From Moniliella sp. 'wahieum' (taxonomy: Eukaryota): a stretch of DNA of 64,000 nucleotides. Positions 36,754 through 49,388 of the stretch are shown in pieces. Position 1 is the first letter of the stretch; each line of letters begins with the position of its first letter. Under the pieces are notes generated by a model. It was not told where the DNA came from, ran no database searches, and saw only the letters and a list, made by a program, of their open reading frames with translations. The translations under genes were made by a program, and so were the position numbers. Where the stretch lies: the NCBI GenBank assembly GCA_003971905.1, contig RSEE01000015.1, positions 186,001 to 250,000 of the forward strand. The letters are read 5' to 3'.

Positions 36754-37803
36754 GTCCAAGCACGACCTCGACCCATTGCTGATGGACATGGACATGGCAC
36801 CACTCCCTTTTGGGCCTGATTCCCTCCCACTTGCGTGGGTCTAGCAACCCATTCCATGCTGCGCCCCGACCTCCCTACTATAGCCATGCATGCTTTGCCC
36901 TGGCCCGGAGCAAAGAGAGGCTTTCCCTCTTTTCTGATGCCCTTGTTCCGGCTTTTCTCCGAAAGTTCTGATCTTTTGTCCAGTCTGTCTCGTACGTTCT
37001 TCTTGTTTCACGTTGGTTCCTGGTTCTTCTCTCCTATACACCACGAGGGCCTCTTTCTTTCTTATTCGCTGTTGCCGTGGGCAAGCAGCGTTATGTTTGT
37101 TGGTCTCGTTTTGGGTCTGCGACAATGACCTCACTGTTATGGCCTGCACCTTATCATCCTGTCACATATACACCGCACAATGAAAATGTCCGTTGACGTC
37201 GTCATCCACCACTTCTTCCCAGCTTCATGTAGCCACAGGTGCATAGCTAATCGAAAATGCCGGTAACAAGGTTCCGGATAGATATGTGAGGACTACGTAC
37301 GAAATTCAAGGTGGGCAAGGCCCACAAGATTGGGCACCAGAAATTTCGATTAGCCATGTGCATATAAGGGCGAGGGTTTGCTTCATGGTGTGCCACGCCA
37401 TACATTCACCTGCGACTATCAAGGCCCAAGGCTGCATGTCTATGTACACATTGACAAGCACGTCCGGTTACATCACCGTCTTCTTCCAACACCTGACTAC
37501 CTCCATAGGTGAAGAGAATTACCTACACTTTCTGTAAGATGGCTGAGGTGTCCACCGTAACGCTCCTCAGTTTCTGATCCACATCATAAAATGCATCGAT
37601 AGCCCCCCATCTCTCCGTAGTCCGTATGCTTGCGGCTTCTCCCTCTCTGCCCTTTCCCCATTGCTTGCCTAATAGCTTTGGACAGTACGCAACCAGTGCC
37701 ACATGTCACTAATGGTGGTAAAATGTGTTGACATTCATGCTGCAGTGGTGTCATTTTCTGCAGAGGGAATCCAGGCACCGGCCTTCATACCATGCAGGCG
37801 CCT

Positions 37804-38172
37804 TTAGTTGTATCCAAACTGCTGGTAACTCTGGTCTCAGCATGACGCTTGGCCTTCTCCCGATCAACGAAGTCCAGGCCCTTGGTCTCCGCAAGGCGAT
37901 CGACTCCAGCACCGGCCAAACCAGCAAGGATTTCTTTAGCATGGGCATGGTCTTCGGGCTCGCCATTTGTGGCCTTGTGGTCCTCATACGCTGTTCCGCG
38001 TTTTGGTCAGGTGTTGCTTCCCTTATTAGTACACATGAGAACGAGACGTACCCTTCGCAGCGGCAAAGGCGGCAGCACCGCCCAAAACTTCGTGGGAGAG
38101 CTTGGCCTTGTGCTCGTCCGAGCCGTCGTAGTTGTTGACGGTGTCGTAGTGGTCTTGGCCGAAGAAACCCAT
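37804..38172 (-). CDS. CipC-like (DUF3759) small stress/antibiotic-response protein
   Basis: Hand translation: MGFFGQDHYDTVNNYDGSDEHKAKLSHEVLGGAAAFAAAK|intron|EYEDHKATNGEPEDHAHAKEILAGLAGAGVDRLAETKGLDFVDREKAKRHA. Not captured by the ORF track. Confidence 0.88.
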
Positions 38173-39114
38173 GGTGGTTGAGTGGGAGAGAAGAGAAAGA
38201 GACGTAGGAGGTGGTGGTGGTAATGGAGCAACAGCGTACAGGTGTGGTGGGAAGAGAGGAAAGGATTCTGCTGTCTTTTATGCTCCAGCCAGCTGCCGGA
38301 GCGAGCCAAGAGGTACCCCTTAGTAGTTGCTCTACACATCACGACGAGAATCTCCGCCCGCGGACAATGATCCGCGAGCTGTGCAACCCCACATTTCATC
38401 GTTTCGCTCGCCTCCACTCATAGCAACACCAGGCGACAGTACTAACGTATTGTCCCAACGATGGCATGCACTCGAGGAGCGATTGTTGACGTGTGAGGTG
38501 AATCCGGTGAGGCGCGAGGTGGAAGCTGTTATGATTGTGAGTTGAGAGCCGAAGACTGGCCCGTGCACTATACCATGGAGAGAGGTCGTTTTGAGGAAAC
38601 CGAGCGAAAGCCACACCATAGAATGATGTCGCCAACAAGACAAATGGGGTGACATCGTCCAGGGGTTGCTGTCCGACGGGGCTTTGGGAGCGACGGAGAT
38701 GAAATCGCTCGCGAGTACCTAAGGCGAACAGCCAGGCTGTGTGGCAACGGAGAGCAAATTTCCCACTAATTTCCACCACGGAACTAGTCGGACTTTCGTT
38801 ATGGATCGAGCGCGTTTTATCCGACAGCGCGTTAGTAACACTCTTCGATTTGACATTCCAGAAACTATGTTTACGCGTCTACGTGGGAGCCTGTGGAGGG
38901 CGGGCAGTAGGGCATACAATAATAGCATCGCAACGATGAATTTTGAGGGACCGAGTTCAGAAGTGCCCGCTCAGTGAGCGCTCAGCCTGAGCGCTGGCTC
39001 AGACATCGGGGCGATTGCTGCCTCGCATAGTTTACAACTGAAAGAAACTGTTGGCGTTTTGCTAGAGCCCGAGGTCTGAGGTCACAGGGTAGCGACCGGG
39101 ATGCAAATCACCAT

Positions 39115-39542
39115 TTAGGCGTCGATGATGGTGACCTCAACCTCAACACCGGGTTCCAGGTTGAAGCGGGTGATGAGGCGGACATCCTCCGACGTGCCGG
39201 AGAAGTCAATCAGACGCTTGTGAATCTTCATCTCGAAGTGGTCCCAGGTCTTGGAGCCCTCACCACAGGGCGACTTGCGCACAACGTGCGAAAGAACCTT
39301 CGTGGGGAGACGGACGGGGCCCTTAACGGGCAGGCCCTTGTCCTTGGAGCGCGTAACAAGGTCCGTGCAAACTGAAAACAAGGTGTTAGTGTTACTGGGT
39401 AGTATTTCACGTGGCACCAAAGGAGGCGAGACGTACCCTTCTCGAGGTTCTTGAGGTTGCGGCTGGTCAGCGTGATGCGAATCTTGTGCTTCTGAGCCTG
39501 GGTCTGGGCATCGCCCTTGGGGTCCTTGGCGACGTAACTCAT
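39115..39542 (-). CDS. RPS20: 40S ribosomal protein S20 (uS10)
   Basis: [23 protein letters not shown]...[12 protein letters not shown]...[25 protein letters not shown]. One intron (about 39373-39436). Confidence 0.97.
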
Positions 39543-40237
39543 GTCGGAATCAGCGGTGACCAAGAAGACGATCAGGAAAAGCTGGTGGGTGGGGGTAGAA
39601 CATCGCACCAGCATCCCACTTTGACAGGCCGGCAAAAGCTGCGGCGCATTTTCGTTAGGGTTGTGTCATCTGCCGTGTAAATAACCCCGCGCTCTTTGCT
39701 CAAGCTGAAATGTCAGATTGTTTTTCATTTCAGATTTTACTTTTGACAGCACGTGACCGGCGACCGCTAGGTTCTCTGCAGGTTGCCGGTTACCTGTTAC
39801 CGGTTACCCAGGAGACTGGGCTTATGTCAGCCCGCGGCTTGTCGCGTGACGCATGGCGTCACGCGTGAGGGTCTGGGGCACGGGGCATGCTGAGGCGCTG
39901 AGGGGGGGTTAGGCGACGATGTGTGACTTGTCCGGTGACTGTGCGGGGTGTGACGGGTGACGGGTGAGGCTCAGGCTGAGCAGCTGCTGACATGTGACAC
40001 CCAGACCGAGTATGGCTTGAGTCATGCATCATGCATTATGCATCATGCATCAGCATCAGCATCATCCCAGCCAATGTGCGGCTCAGGAATTGCAAGCAGC
40101 AATCGAGCAACCCTTTATCGGCGCCACCGCCGCCACCACCGCCACCGCCGCCACCCCCATCCACTTGTCATTGCCATGAGCGCAGTCGGTGATCTCCCAC
40201 GGCTGCCCCCCCTCTGGCTGCCACAAAGTCTTCTGCT

Positions 40238-42135
40238 ATGTCTCCCGCATCGTCTGCCATGCCTATTGACCAGGCAGCCGCCTCATCCTCCCGCTCCCCC
40301 TGTCCCCATGCCCAACTCCAGCCATCCGGGTCTCACACTGGACTATTCAGCGACAACACGGGGTCTGGTCCTCAGGATGTCCCCGCCGAGATTCCTGGCG
40401 CCGACGTATCGGCCTATTCATCTCCTTCTTCTTCATTGCCTGTTAGCGATTCCTCTTCCGACTCGGATCCCAACGCCCCTGTTGCAGCCAGTTTGACGCA
40501 CCGCACTTCACCAGCATTTGTTGCTCCCTCGGCCGCAGATGCTCCCCATGTGAATCCCAATATGGCCCATAGCCGTTCGCTTCCTCCCACTCCCGTGGAG
40601 GATGGTTTGGCTTCGCTCTCTCCGGACGGCTTGTCACTCAACTCCCCGCTGCGTCTTGTACCAGCCTCTGCCCCCTCGGATGAGACTCGCGCCTTCTCTC
40701 ACTCCAGGCCAAATTCCCTCCATCCAGAGTCGCCCCGCAACGCTGATTCCTCATCTCTCTCTCATTCATATTTGGACTTCGCACCTCCCGCTGAAACCAG
40801 CGCTCCTTGCCCTTCTCCAGGCCCTGCAGGACTGGCCATGTCCGCTCCTCAGGCTACCCAGTCCCAGTCTGAATCGTCCCTTACTCCGAGACCGATCACC
40901 GCAGGAGTGTACCAAGGAGTTCGCTTACATCTACGGCACCTGACTGGACCATTTCGGTACGCTTGCTGGTGTGGATGATGCAGATGCAGGTCGGCGTTCC
41001 TCGCGCTCCCGCCCAGGCCTCAGAGGCCATACCAGCGCCAGCCCTACTCGCCCCCTTGATCCCTCCCCCAGAGTCAGGACAACCTTCCTCTGCATTGCCC
41101 TCGTCTTCGGCTCCTTCTCGTGCCCCATGGTTGGAGGGCCGTGCCACATGGGAGCCCGATTCGGCCACACCCGAGTGCCATTTATGTCATCGTCTTTTCA
41201 CCCTCTTTACTCGGCGGCACCATTGTCGTTCGTGCGGAAGGGTGTGCTGTGCACAGTGCACCCGTCGCCGCGCCATCATCCCTCAGCATCTGATTGTGCT
41301 CCCTCCCAATATGAGTTATGACCCACGCATGGCGAGGCCTCCTGCTGGATCGAACCACTCGCGCAGCATCTCGGTACCGCCTCCTACGCCGTTGCCGCCT
41401 GACGACACCGAGTCTGATCCGGTGCGTGTGCGATGAATGTGCCTTGGTTTTGGGTCAGCAGCACATTGAACAAGGGTCTCATTTTACCCCGGGCGCCCCT
41501 TACTCACTTCCTGGCCCCATGCGGACAACCCCTTTCCCGGCACCAGTGACGGCACGGAGGATCGAGCGTTCCACCAGCTCAAGGAATCCTGATTCGGGAG
41601 AACGCATTGCCTTTTCGCAATATGTTTCCTCTTACTTTTTTGGGTCACCTTCGCCCCTCGTTTCTCGTTCACTTCCCGCGCACGTTCATTCGTCTTCGTC
41701 TGCGCTTCGTCAAGCACCTCCGTCTCGGCCCGGCATGCTCGAGTGCCCAGTGTGCACACTCCCTGTTGCGCCAGTAGGGCAGACTGAGGTGCTGGAGGCA
41801 CACGTGCGAGAGTGCATCGAGTCCCCCACCACTGCACTGTTGGCGGCGAGTGGGATTCGAACCCTACCTCGTACCCAAATGGCGGTGCCCACACCGGCTC
41901 GCCCGCACCCGCATACACACGAGTCGATCTATTCCCGCTACGCGCGAGACAAGTTGGCCGAAGGCAACCACTCTTGGGTGACGAATGCCCAATTTGCATG
42001 GAAGACTTTGAGATCGGCGAAGCGGTGGCACGAATGGCGTGCTTGTGCGTATTCCATGAAACCTGCCTCCAAGGATGGCTGGCTCGTGGTGTTGGCTGTC
42101 CCACTCATCGTCCGCCGTCGCCCACCGTCGACTAA
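40238..42135 (+). CDS. FYVE + C-terminal RING-H2 protein (Pib1-like E3 ubiquitin ligase)
   Basis: WEPD...CHLCHRLFTLFTRRHHCRSCGRVCCAQC...RVCDEC (FYVE); ECPVC...HVREC; ECPICMEDFEIGEAVARMACLCVFHETCLQGWLARGVGCPTH (RING). Start uncertain. Confidence 0.9.
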
Positions 42136-43744
42136 ACTACCTCTTTTGTAGTGGTAGCCGGTGAAGATGGGCTCCTTTTCCTAAATCGCTGGCCACCACG
42201 ACCTGTTCTGATGCCTGCCCATCCTTGAGGAACGCGAAGGTGATAAGAGGGTGAAGGCATGCGGGCACTACCATACACGTACACCTCTACTATACGCATG
42301 ATATATCCTGACCAATTCATGGTAGTTGTTCGCGGGTAGGTGTGATGGGTGGCTCACCCGCTCATCTTCTGTCGTGATATGTGACAGGGGATTTTGTACG
42401 GGGCCGCATGGCGGATGGCGGACCGTGCTAGTGCTCCAATCCTTTCGCGTCATCTCGCCAGCGTCTCATTTGCTGAGTTGTCGAGCAAGAACATTGAGAC
42501 TTCGGCCTTCTCTCCCCTGTGGTGTGGCGACGGCGAGACCAGCGATGAGATCGAGGGCTCTCCCCTCTCCCGGACCTCAAGCAGGCAGTCCGGAGGTGTG
42601 TGATGTAGGGACAGAGTTTACGAGACCGCGGTAGTAGCGTGCTCGTTGAATAAGCACATCAGGAGCACAACCATACCAAAAAGAGGGTAAGCTGAGAAAG
42701 TTATGAAGGGCTCTACTAGAGACAAACGTGGTTTGGGTGTGGTACAGAAATGTATTCATGACCAGGTAGTGGACGGCATTCGAGAGAGGGGATACGTACC
42801 GGGAAGGAGTGAAGCTTGAAGGTAATTGTAGAAAGTTTATCGCATTAGGGCAGAACGAATGGATGTGCACATGACCGCGATATAGGTGAGGGCAGTAGTT
42901 GCTTGACAATTGATACTCGACGCCCGATTCCCACTTAAACGTTAAACCCTGGGGAGGGCAGCAAAGAATAGCAGAAAGAACAGGGAGTCAGCGACCAATT
43001 CCGGTACCATGAAAACAAAGCTCAGTGAGGTAACTATTGTTCTCATTGCCGACTCAACTCTCCGAGGAGAGGAATCAGGCGTGCGAAGAGCTGGGTTAGA
43101 AGTCAGGCGTATCGCCTTTTGTCATCTTGAATGCCAGATGGGATCGGATGTAAACTTACCTGTTTAAGAGGGAGACCAAAGGGAGACAAGAGAGGCGGTC
43201 ACGAGCCGAGCCTTAATGTCGGTAGGATGCTCGTTCGACGTTCTTTGGTAATGACGATGGTGCAGAGCCACAAAACAGCTACCTGCAGCAAAAGTTTCCG
43301 TGTAGAAACGAAGTGCGGAACAGGTATGATAGAACATCAAACTCCGCCTCCGCCTCCACACGCCACATCAAGTATCGAGTCAAGTCATTCACTGGGTCAT
43401 TGACTAGTCAGTTTTAAAGCGGACGTGGAGGGTGGAGTGGAGCGGAGGTGGAAGGGTCGTGCGACGAAGTCATTGGTAACCAGTAACTGGTTCTAGTAAA
43501 GCTAGTAACTAGTACCAGTAACTCTGGTCGGTGTCTCGTCGATATTAAACCTGAGGGGCCTGAGGCCTGAAGCGTTGAAGCAGCTGACCAAGAGCCTCAG
43601 GAGTGACCTCACCCGTGACCGGTGAACGGTGAACGCAACGAACATGAACGTTCAACGTCAACACGCTGAAGTTCAGCGACACCTCTTCAAGCATCCAGCT
43701 GACGCTTCATCGACCGATAGCTTCATTTCTTAGCTTCATACCAA

Positions 43745-43831
43745 CAAGCAACATACGCCGGATGAGCAGGTCAGTTGAGGCGCAGCGTTTCTTTGTCCCA
43801 GCCTGAGCGCTTAAGCTCTGGCAATGATATG
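43745..43831 (+). mobile_element. Short diverged copy of the sequence forming the 3' tail of the RLE retroelement (5680-5760)
   Basis: Hand alignment: gatgaacggttcggtttagacgtagcgttccccctgtcccagcc-------ttaagctctgtcaatgatatg versus gatgagcaggtcagttgaggcgcagcgtttctt-tgtcccagcctgagcgcttaagctctggcaatgatatg. Confidence 0.6.
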
Positions 43832-44006
43832 GCTACAAATACCTAGAGAGGTTGCAGAAACTGGAGAAATCGTTGAACATTTAATTGCTCTGGGCTTTCA
43901 CTCAGGTATCAGCCGTCAAGGGCGGAGATTAGGTCAGAGTGTGGGGAATGCCGGCATCGCCAACCTGAGAGCTGGACGGCTGTCTCTACCCCACCACTCT
44001 GCCACT

Positions 44007-46211
44007 ATGGCTTCCATCGGAGCCCCTCCCAGAGCCGTCGAGGCATTCAACCAGGCCGATTCAAGGTGCGATGCGGATCGGGCGCCACACGCAACCGCTT
44101 TGCATGCTCTGGAAACCACTATGCCCACACGGAAGGATGTCATGGGCGAGAGCCAAGCTGAAACGGAAGTGGAATCCGAATCTGAGACCGAGACCGAGGG
44201 TTACGAGAGAATCTCCGGCCATTGTCTGACCGTGATGTGATTAACTCCCCACGGGAGTCGTAAGGCTGCTATCTATCTTCGCCCCCGTCATTGCCGCGCT
44301 CAATGGGACTGTTCGATTGGCCACATGGACCGCCGGCCCTCATAGCGCTCCGCTGAGTGTGCTCCTTGTTCTGGCGTGGTGGGCAGTGTGCAAGTTCGCG
44401 TACCCTCTGATCCGGTATGCACCGCAAGTTCTACTCCTCGGATCGATCGGGTGGTATTACCTCAAAGCCCACTGGGCCCCACTGCACGGCGCGCCCCCTC
44501 CCAAGCAGATTGGGGACGTGATGGGTAGCAAAAGGGTCATTGTTCGCGGGGCGCAGGAAGATCAGATCATCACTGTGGCCAGTGCCGCGACATTGGCCAC
44601 CACATTGGCTCAGCTGGACGAGCTCGCTGATTTTGCGAGCGCGTTCTATTCGCACTTGATCCGTCCATGCCGCCGCGCAGTCGACTGGTCTGACCCGCAA
44701 GTCACCCTAGCTTTGGCCGTCTTCTTAGTCGTTACGTATCCTCTCTACTTGATCTGTGTGCTCCCATGGAGCTATTTCGGTCCCCCGGATCGCATTCGTC
44801 TTTGTGCCTACCGGCACGCGAGCGACGGAAACCGCGTGTCTCACCTTGTCCTGGGTCTGGCGCCATTATCCTTCTCACCACGGCGGGGAAAGAACATGCA
44901 CTCCATTGGGTCTCGCAGTATGAGAGGGCCGAACAGTTTATTCAACATGCTCGGCCTTTTATTAACACGGCGACGCAGTACTGGGCCATCGTGCATCCCT
45001 ATATTCATGCTTTGAGCAGGCAGGGTATTGCCTGAGCCGAAGTGTAAGCCTCCGAGTGCTCCACACGGTGCATGGGAACGATGCAATCGCTATTCCCATT
45101 GTCCGCCTTTCCCTTTCTTCAGCTTGGACGTGTCGACAGGATTTCTTATTGGGGGGACCCTCGTGCTCACCTGGTGCTCTCCCGTTTTTGTCCTCATCCG
45201 CCATGCCTTGTGGAGCAGTGCCTTTGTCCGCTATGTGACTCGTCGGGTGATATGTGCCTTCACCCTAGGCTATCTGGAGCAGGAGAACATGAAGTACTAC
45301 AATCTGCATGCCATTTTTGTCAAACGGGCGTGCAATGTGGCTGGCCCATTGAAGTCTTCGCACCTGGTTGAGGGGCTGAGCCCGCGGGAACGGCGAGATC
45401 CGTTCCATCTCGACGACCAAGAGCAGCCGAGTGTGGTCATTGGCCCAGTCTTGTCGGAGGGTATTCTCAAGCCCATTTCCGGTATTGGAGGACGGGAGAT
45501 TGAAGAGTTCCGCGATGTGGTTTACCAGTTCTCCATTTTTGAAAACCAAAGGTGGTGGATCGGGTTGGATTGGACCGCGGCGCTCCTACCACAAGAGCGA
45601 GCAAGCTGGTACGTCTTTTTCTACTATTATTCAGTGTGCACTCTGACTCGTTCATTTCTCTAGGTCGGACGAACAAGACAATGTGCGCTTCCTCCATCTT
45701 CCTTTACCCTCCCACAAGCTCAGTTACAACTTAACCCCGTTGGGGTTGGTGGGGTGTACGTCAAGCGCCTTTCTCGCTGGGAGTGGATCGATCCGAGTGG
45801 ACAATCGCCGGGACGGGGTACCTTTCGGCTATGCCGCAATACGCCTCCCATCGAGAATGACGATGGAGCTTCCACTATCACCGGAAGTGTAGCGAGTGGT
45901 CTAGCCGGGCAGGCGGCTACGCTGGCAGGGACCTTGAGCGCCTCGCTCCGAGCTCGGCTGTCAGCCACCAACCTACTTGCCCTGTCCACCTTTGCGCAGA
46001 GGCACCTACATCGGCCCCTGACACTTTGGAAGTCGATGCCGAGGGCTGGCAATATGGCGGCAACAGCTGGGAGAACATGACCCTCCCGCGCAGAAATGGG
46101 CAAGTACACCCGTCGTCGCAAGTGATTCGGCGCGCCGTTTTGGTCGAGGTGGTGCAACGTCAATACTCTCCTTCGCCCGGAGAGATTGAGGCATTACAGA
46201 GTAAACGGTAA
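44007..46211 (+). CDS. Pex23/Pex30-family peroxin (Pex24p integral-membrane region plus dysferlin domain)
   Basis: Hydrophobic segments; YQFSIFENQRWWIGLDWTAALLPQERASW; WEWID; VDAEGWQYG; KYTRRRK...IRRAVLVE. Intron at about 45609-45663. Multiple indels. Confidence 0.85.
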
Positions 46212-46659
46212 TACAAGTGCTGTTCTAATCAAGGTTTTTGGAATCCATTCAACTCATTGTTGTCGGATGCCACCAGTCATCCTTGGTATAGACGCTGTAT
46301 TACATGGTGCAAATGGGCCACAGCGTGGTTGCGGGATGGAGCATATCGAGCTGCCGAGGACAGTCCTGCTGGCAATGACAATGAACTGATGGAAGGTGGC
46401 CGGTGAAAGTGCACTCACTCCGATCATCAGCATATCGAAGCTACCAAATTCCGTGGGGTAAACTTGTTGGCAAACGCAGAAGTCACGTGAGAACCCAACC
46501 CCAACCGCTTGCATCTGTAGCTTGCTGCGGTATACCACGCACGGCCACTGTTCTTCTACAATATTGAGTCGCCCCCAACCCTAACATCATCCGTCTTCCA
46601 CCTTCATCTTCCGCCAAGCCAGGCTAACTTCTTACCAACAACCTCTCTAGTTGACCAAG

Positions 46660-47056
46660 ATGAAGCACGTCGCCGCTTACCTCCTGCTCGTTTCCGGTGG
46701 CAACGCCGCCCCCTCGGCCAAGGACGTCACTTCCCTCCTTGCCACCGTCGGCATTGAGGCTGACGCTGAGCGCCTCGAGAAGGTCGTGGCCGAGCTTTCC
46801 GGCAAGACGTCTCGGAGGTACGTTACCCCTCTCGTCATTGATAGTACCAAGAAGGGAAGACTAATTTATCTTTGCAAAGCTCATTGCCCAGGGCGCCGAG
46901 AAGCTTGCCTCGGTTCCCGCTGGTGGTGCCGTGGCCGCGGCTGCCCCCGCTGCTGGCGCTGCCGCTGCCGGTGATGCCCCCGCCGCTGAGGAGAAGAAGG
47001 AGGAGAAGGAGGAGGAGGAGTCCGACGACGACATGGGCTTTGGTCTCTTCGACTAA
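46660..47056 (+). CDS. RPP2: 60S acidic ribosomal protein P2
   Basis: [23 protein letters not shown]...[20 protein letters not shown], intron, [16 protein letters not shown]...[22 protein letters not shown]. Confidence 0.96.
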
Positions 47057-47536
47057 ACGCAACTCATTTCGTTGCTCATTCCCGCCCCTGCTCTCTCGTT
47101 TCATTTTCCACACCCGGATCGTTGGAGCATCCCAAAAGTTGGTCTATCTGCCCAAGACTGTCTATCGCCTGCATATGCATATCTACGGTATTCGACCTTC
47201 CATCTTCTATTCGGCTTGTAGATTTGGTGAGAGATGATACACAGCTGGGATGGGACTGAGACGAGCAACCTTCACCCTGTTGGGATCGCCAGGAGACCAG
47301 AGCAAATCAGCCAGTGATCCATTCTGTGGAGGCAGTTATTGAATGATCGAAACGATCAACCTTGGGGAGAGAGAATAAACAAGTGGCGAACAAGGTGTGG
47401 CATGTAACGAAAAGCTAGACAAGCAAGGACGGAGAGAGGCGGTGCGCCCATCAGTGGGCTCGAGAGTATACACAACAACAACAAAACCTACAGACGACGA
47501 TTTTGGCAACGCGACTGAGGCGTTTCAGGAGATAGC

Positions 47537-49388
47537 TCAGAGGGAAGGAGCAGTCCGACGAATTGGCATGCTTCCCACAGAGAGGAAACTGAGGATGCCA
47601 CTGAGAGCGTTGCTCACGCCTTGGGCGTTGCTCACCAATGAGTTTACCGTAGAATCGCTCGAGTCACCCACATCGGTCGTTGTGACTGTCGACGGGGTGA
47701 AGATACTAGCGGATGTAAAGTGGGGGTAGGAGTGGGCGTGGGCGTTGGTGTAGAAACAAGGGAGTAGGTAGTAAAGTAAGTAGGCGACGGATTCTGGATT
47801 GTTGTGGTTAGAGGTGGGCTTAATGTCGGAATAGCCGAGAATGGTAAGTGAGGAGGCGCGTATAAAGATGGGCGGACATAAATGAACCCCATTCAACATA
47901 TGAAGAAGCGAACACATGCGATGGGTCAGCATATGTTCTCGTAGATGGATCAGAGCACGGACGTACATGTAAGTAGTGCTAGTTGTAGGACTGGATGGCG
48001 TACTCGCGGTACTGCTGTGAGTGCTGTAAGTCGGTACCGCTGTCACACTATTGGTGCTCATGGTAGTCGAACTTGCTGAGCTGGTTGCACTGCTCGGACT
48101 GCTGGAAGGCGAACTAGAAGCACTGCTGCCATGACCGCTCCCGAACAAGGGACAAATTGGGACAAGCAACATCCAAAGGACATTGCCTACTGAGGTGTGG
48201 AAGCGTACAGCCATGACCGATACCTTTATGTCCAAGTTGACGAGCAACGGGATGGTTCCTGTTTGCTGCTCCAAGGCATGGAAATTCCCACCACGACGAT
48301 CGTAGTAGGATATGGTCTCATGCGAACCAACAAGGACATTCGTGAAACCGGACAAATCCCATCCGCAGTTGTGGGCCACGTCTTGGATTGTTTGCGAATT
48401 GGCAGTCAGGTTTTCTGCAGAGGCCAGTTGAAACTGGACCGGGATGGCGAGCGTGGTGTTAGAGTGCGAGTTGATCTGAAGATTTTTGTCTTGCGAAGTA
48501 CCCAGCACAGCATCTGGTACGTTGCGCTCATAGATAGAAGCGTGCAGGTTCTTTACCTTTACCCCAACTGAGTTGGGATTTGACGCTTGCGTAGACAGTA
48601 GTGTTGAGCATCAATGTTTGATTCTGGATGTACGCGGTAGGCGTCGTGTAGCCTGCTAATCCAATGTTGGGTGGACGAATAAACTGCAGGAACATGAGGC
48701 AAAGAAGAGGATTAGCACTTGTATGAACCAGTCTATGATAGGTGCTTACCACCACAGCGAGCATGACCCCGCAAACAACGCCAATGCCTGCCAAGATCAA
48801 AACACAAAATGCAGTCCTTGTTCACAGGGGAAAACGATGTTAGGAACAGAAAGTAGATAATGGCCGATGCAGTGCGATCAGGACGTACCCGAGAGGGCGA
48901 GTTGTGAGCGTGTCGTCACGGCCACGGGAGTGACCATGGCTCGCATCTGATGTCCAAATGTCCTCTAGGGTGGAACGACTTAATGCGTGTCCAGCCCCAT
49001 AGGCAGCAGCACTGGTATTAGACGTGTTGTCGGCACCACTGGCCAATGGGGAACTGTAACCTCTCTCTCCCATTTCCCGCGGAGGAACAGCAGCATCATG
49101 ATCTCCGTAAACACCGTAGGAGGGCTCAGCCGCCTGCCCAACGGAATGAGTCGCATAGCCATACTGATCTTGGTTGTAAGCGTACTCGGCTGGGGTGAGA
49201 ACATTGCGAAATCGCCTGTTTTGCTGATGTTGGAGCGGGTATTCATATTGGTGCCGACCATATGAATGGCTATTGCTGACGCCGTAGTCGAATTCGTATG
49301 GCCCGGCTGCATCTTCGTCTTCCGCATGCCGACCATACGTGTCATGCGGATCGTAGTCCATGGTCCTGTCGTCGTACGCGTAAGCCAT
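47537..49388 (-). CDS. Single-pass membrane protein with LEA_2-like domain and Ser/Thr-rich tail
   Basis: Tyr/Asp-rich N-terminus; transmembrane ILAGIGVVCGVMLAVV; FIRPPNI; (N)PNSVGVKVKNLHA; NTTLAIPV; HNCG. Several short introns; 3' end uncertain. Confidence 0.55.
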
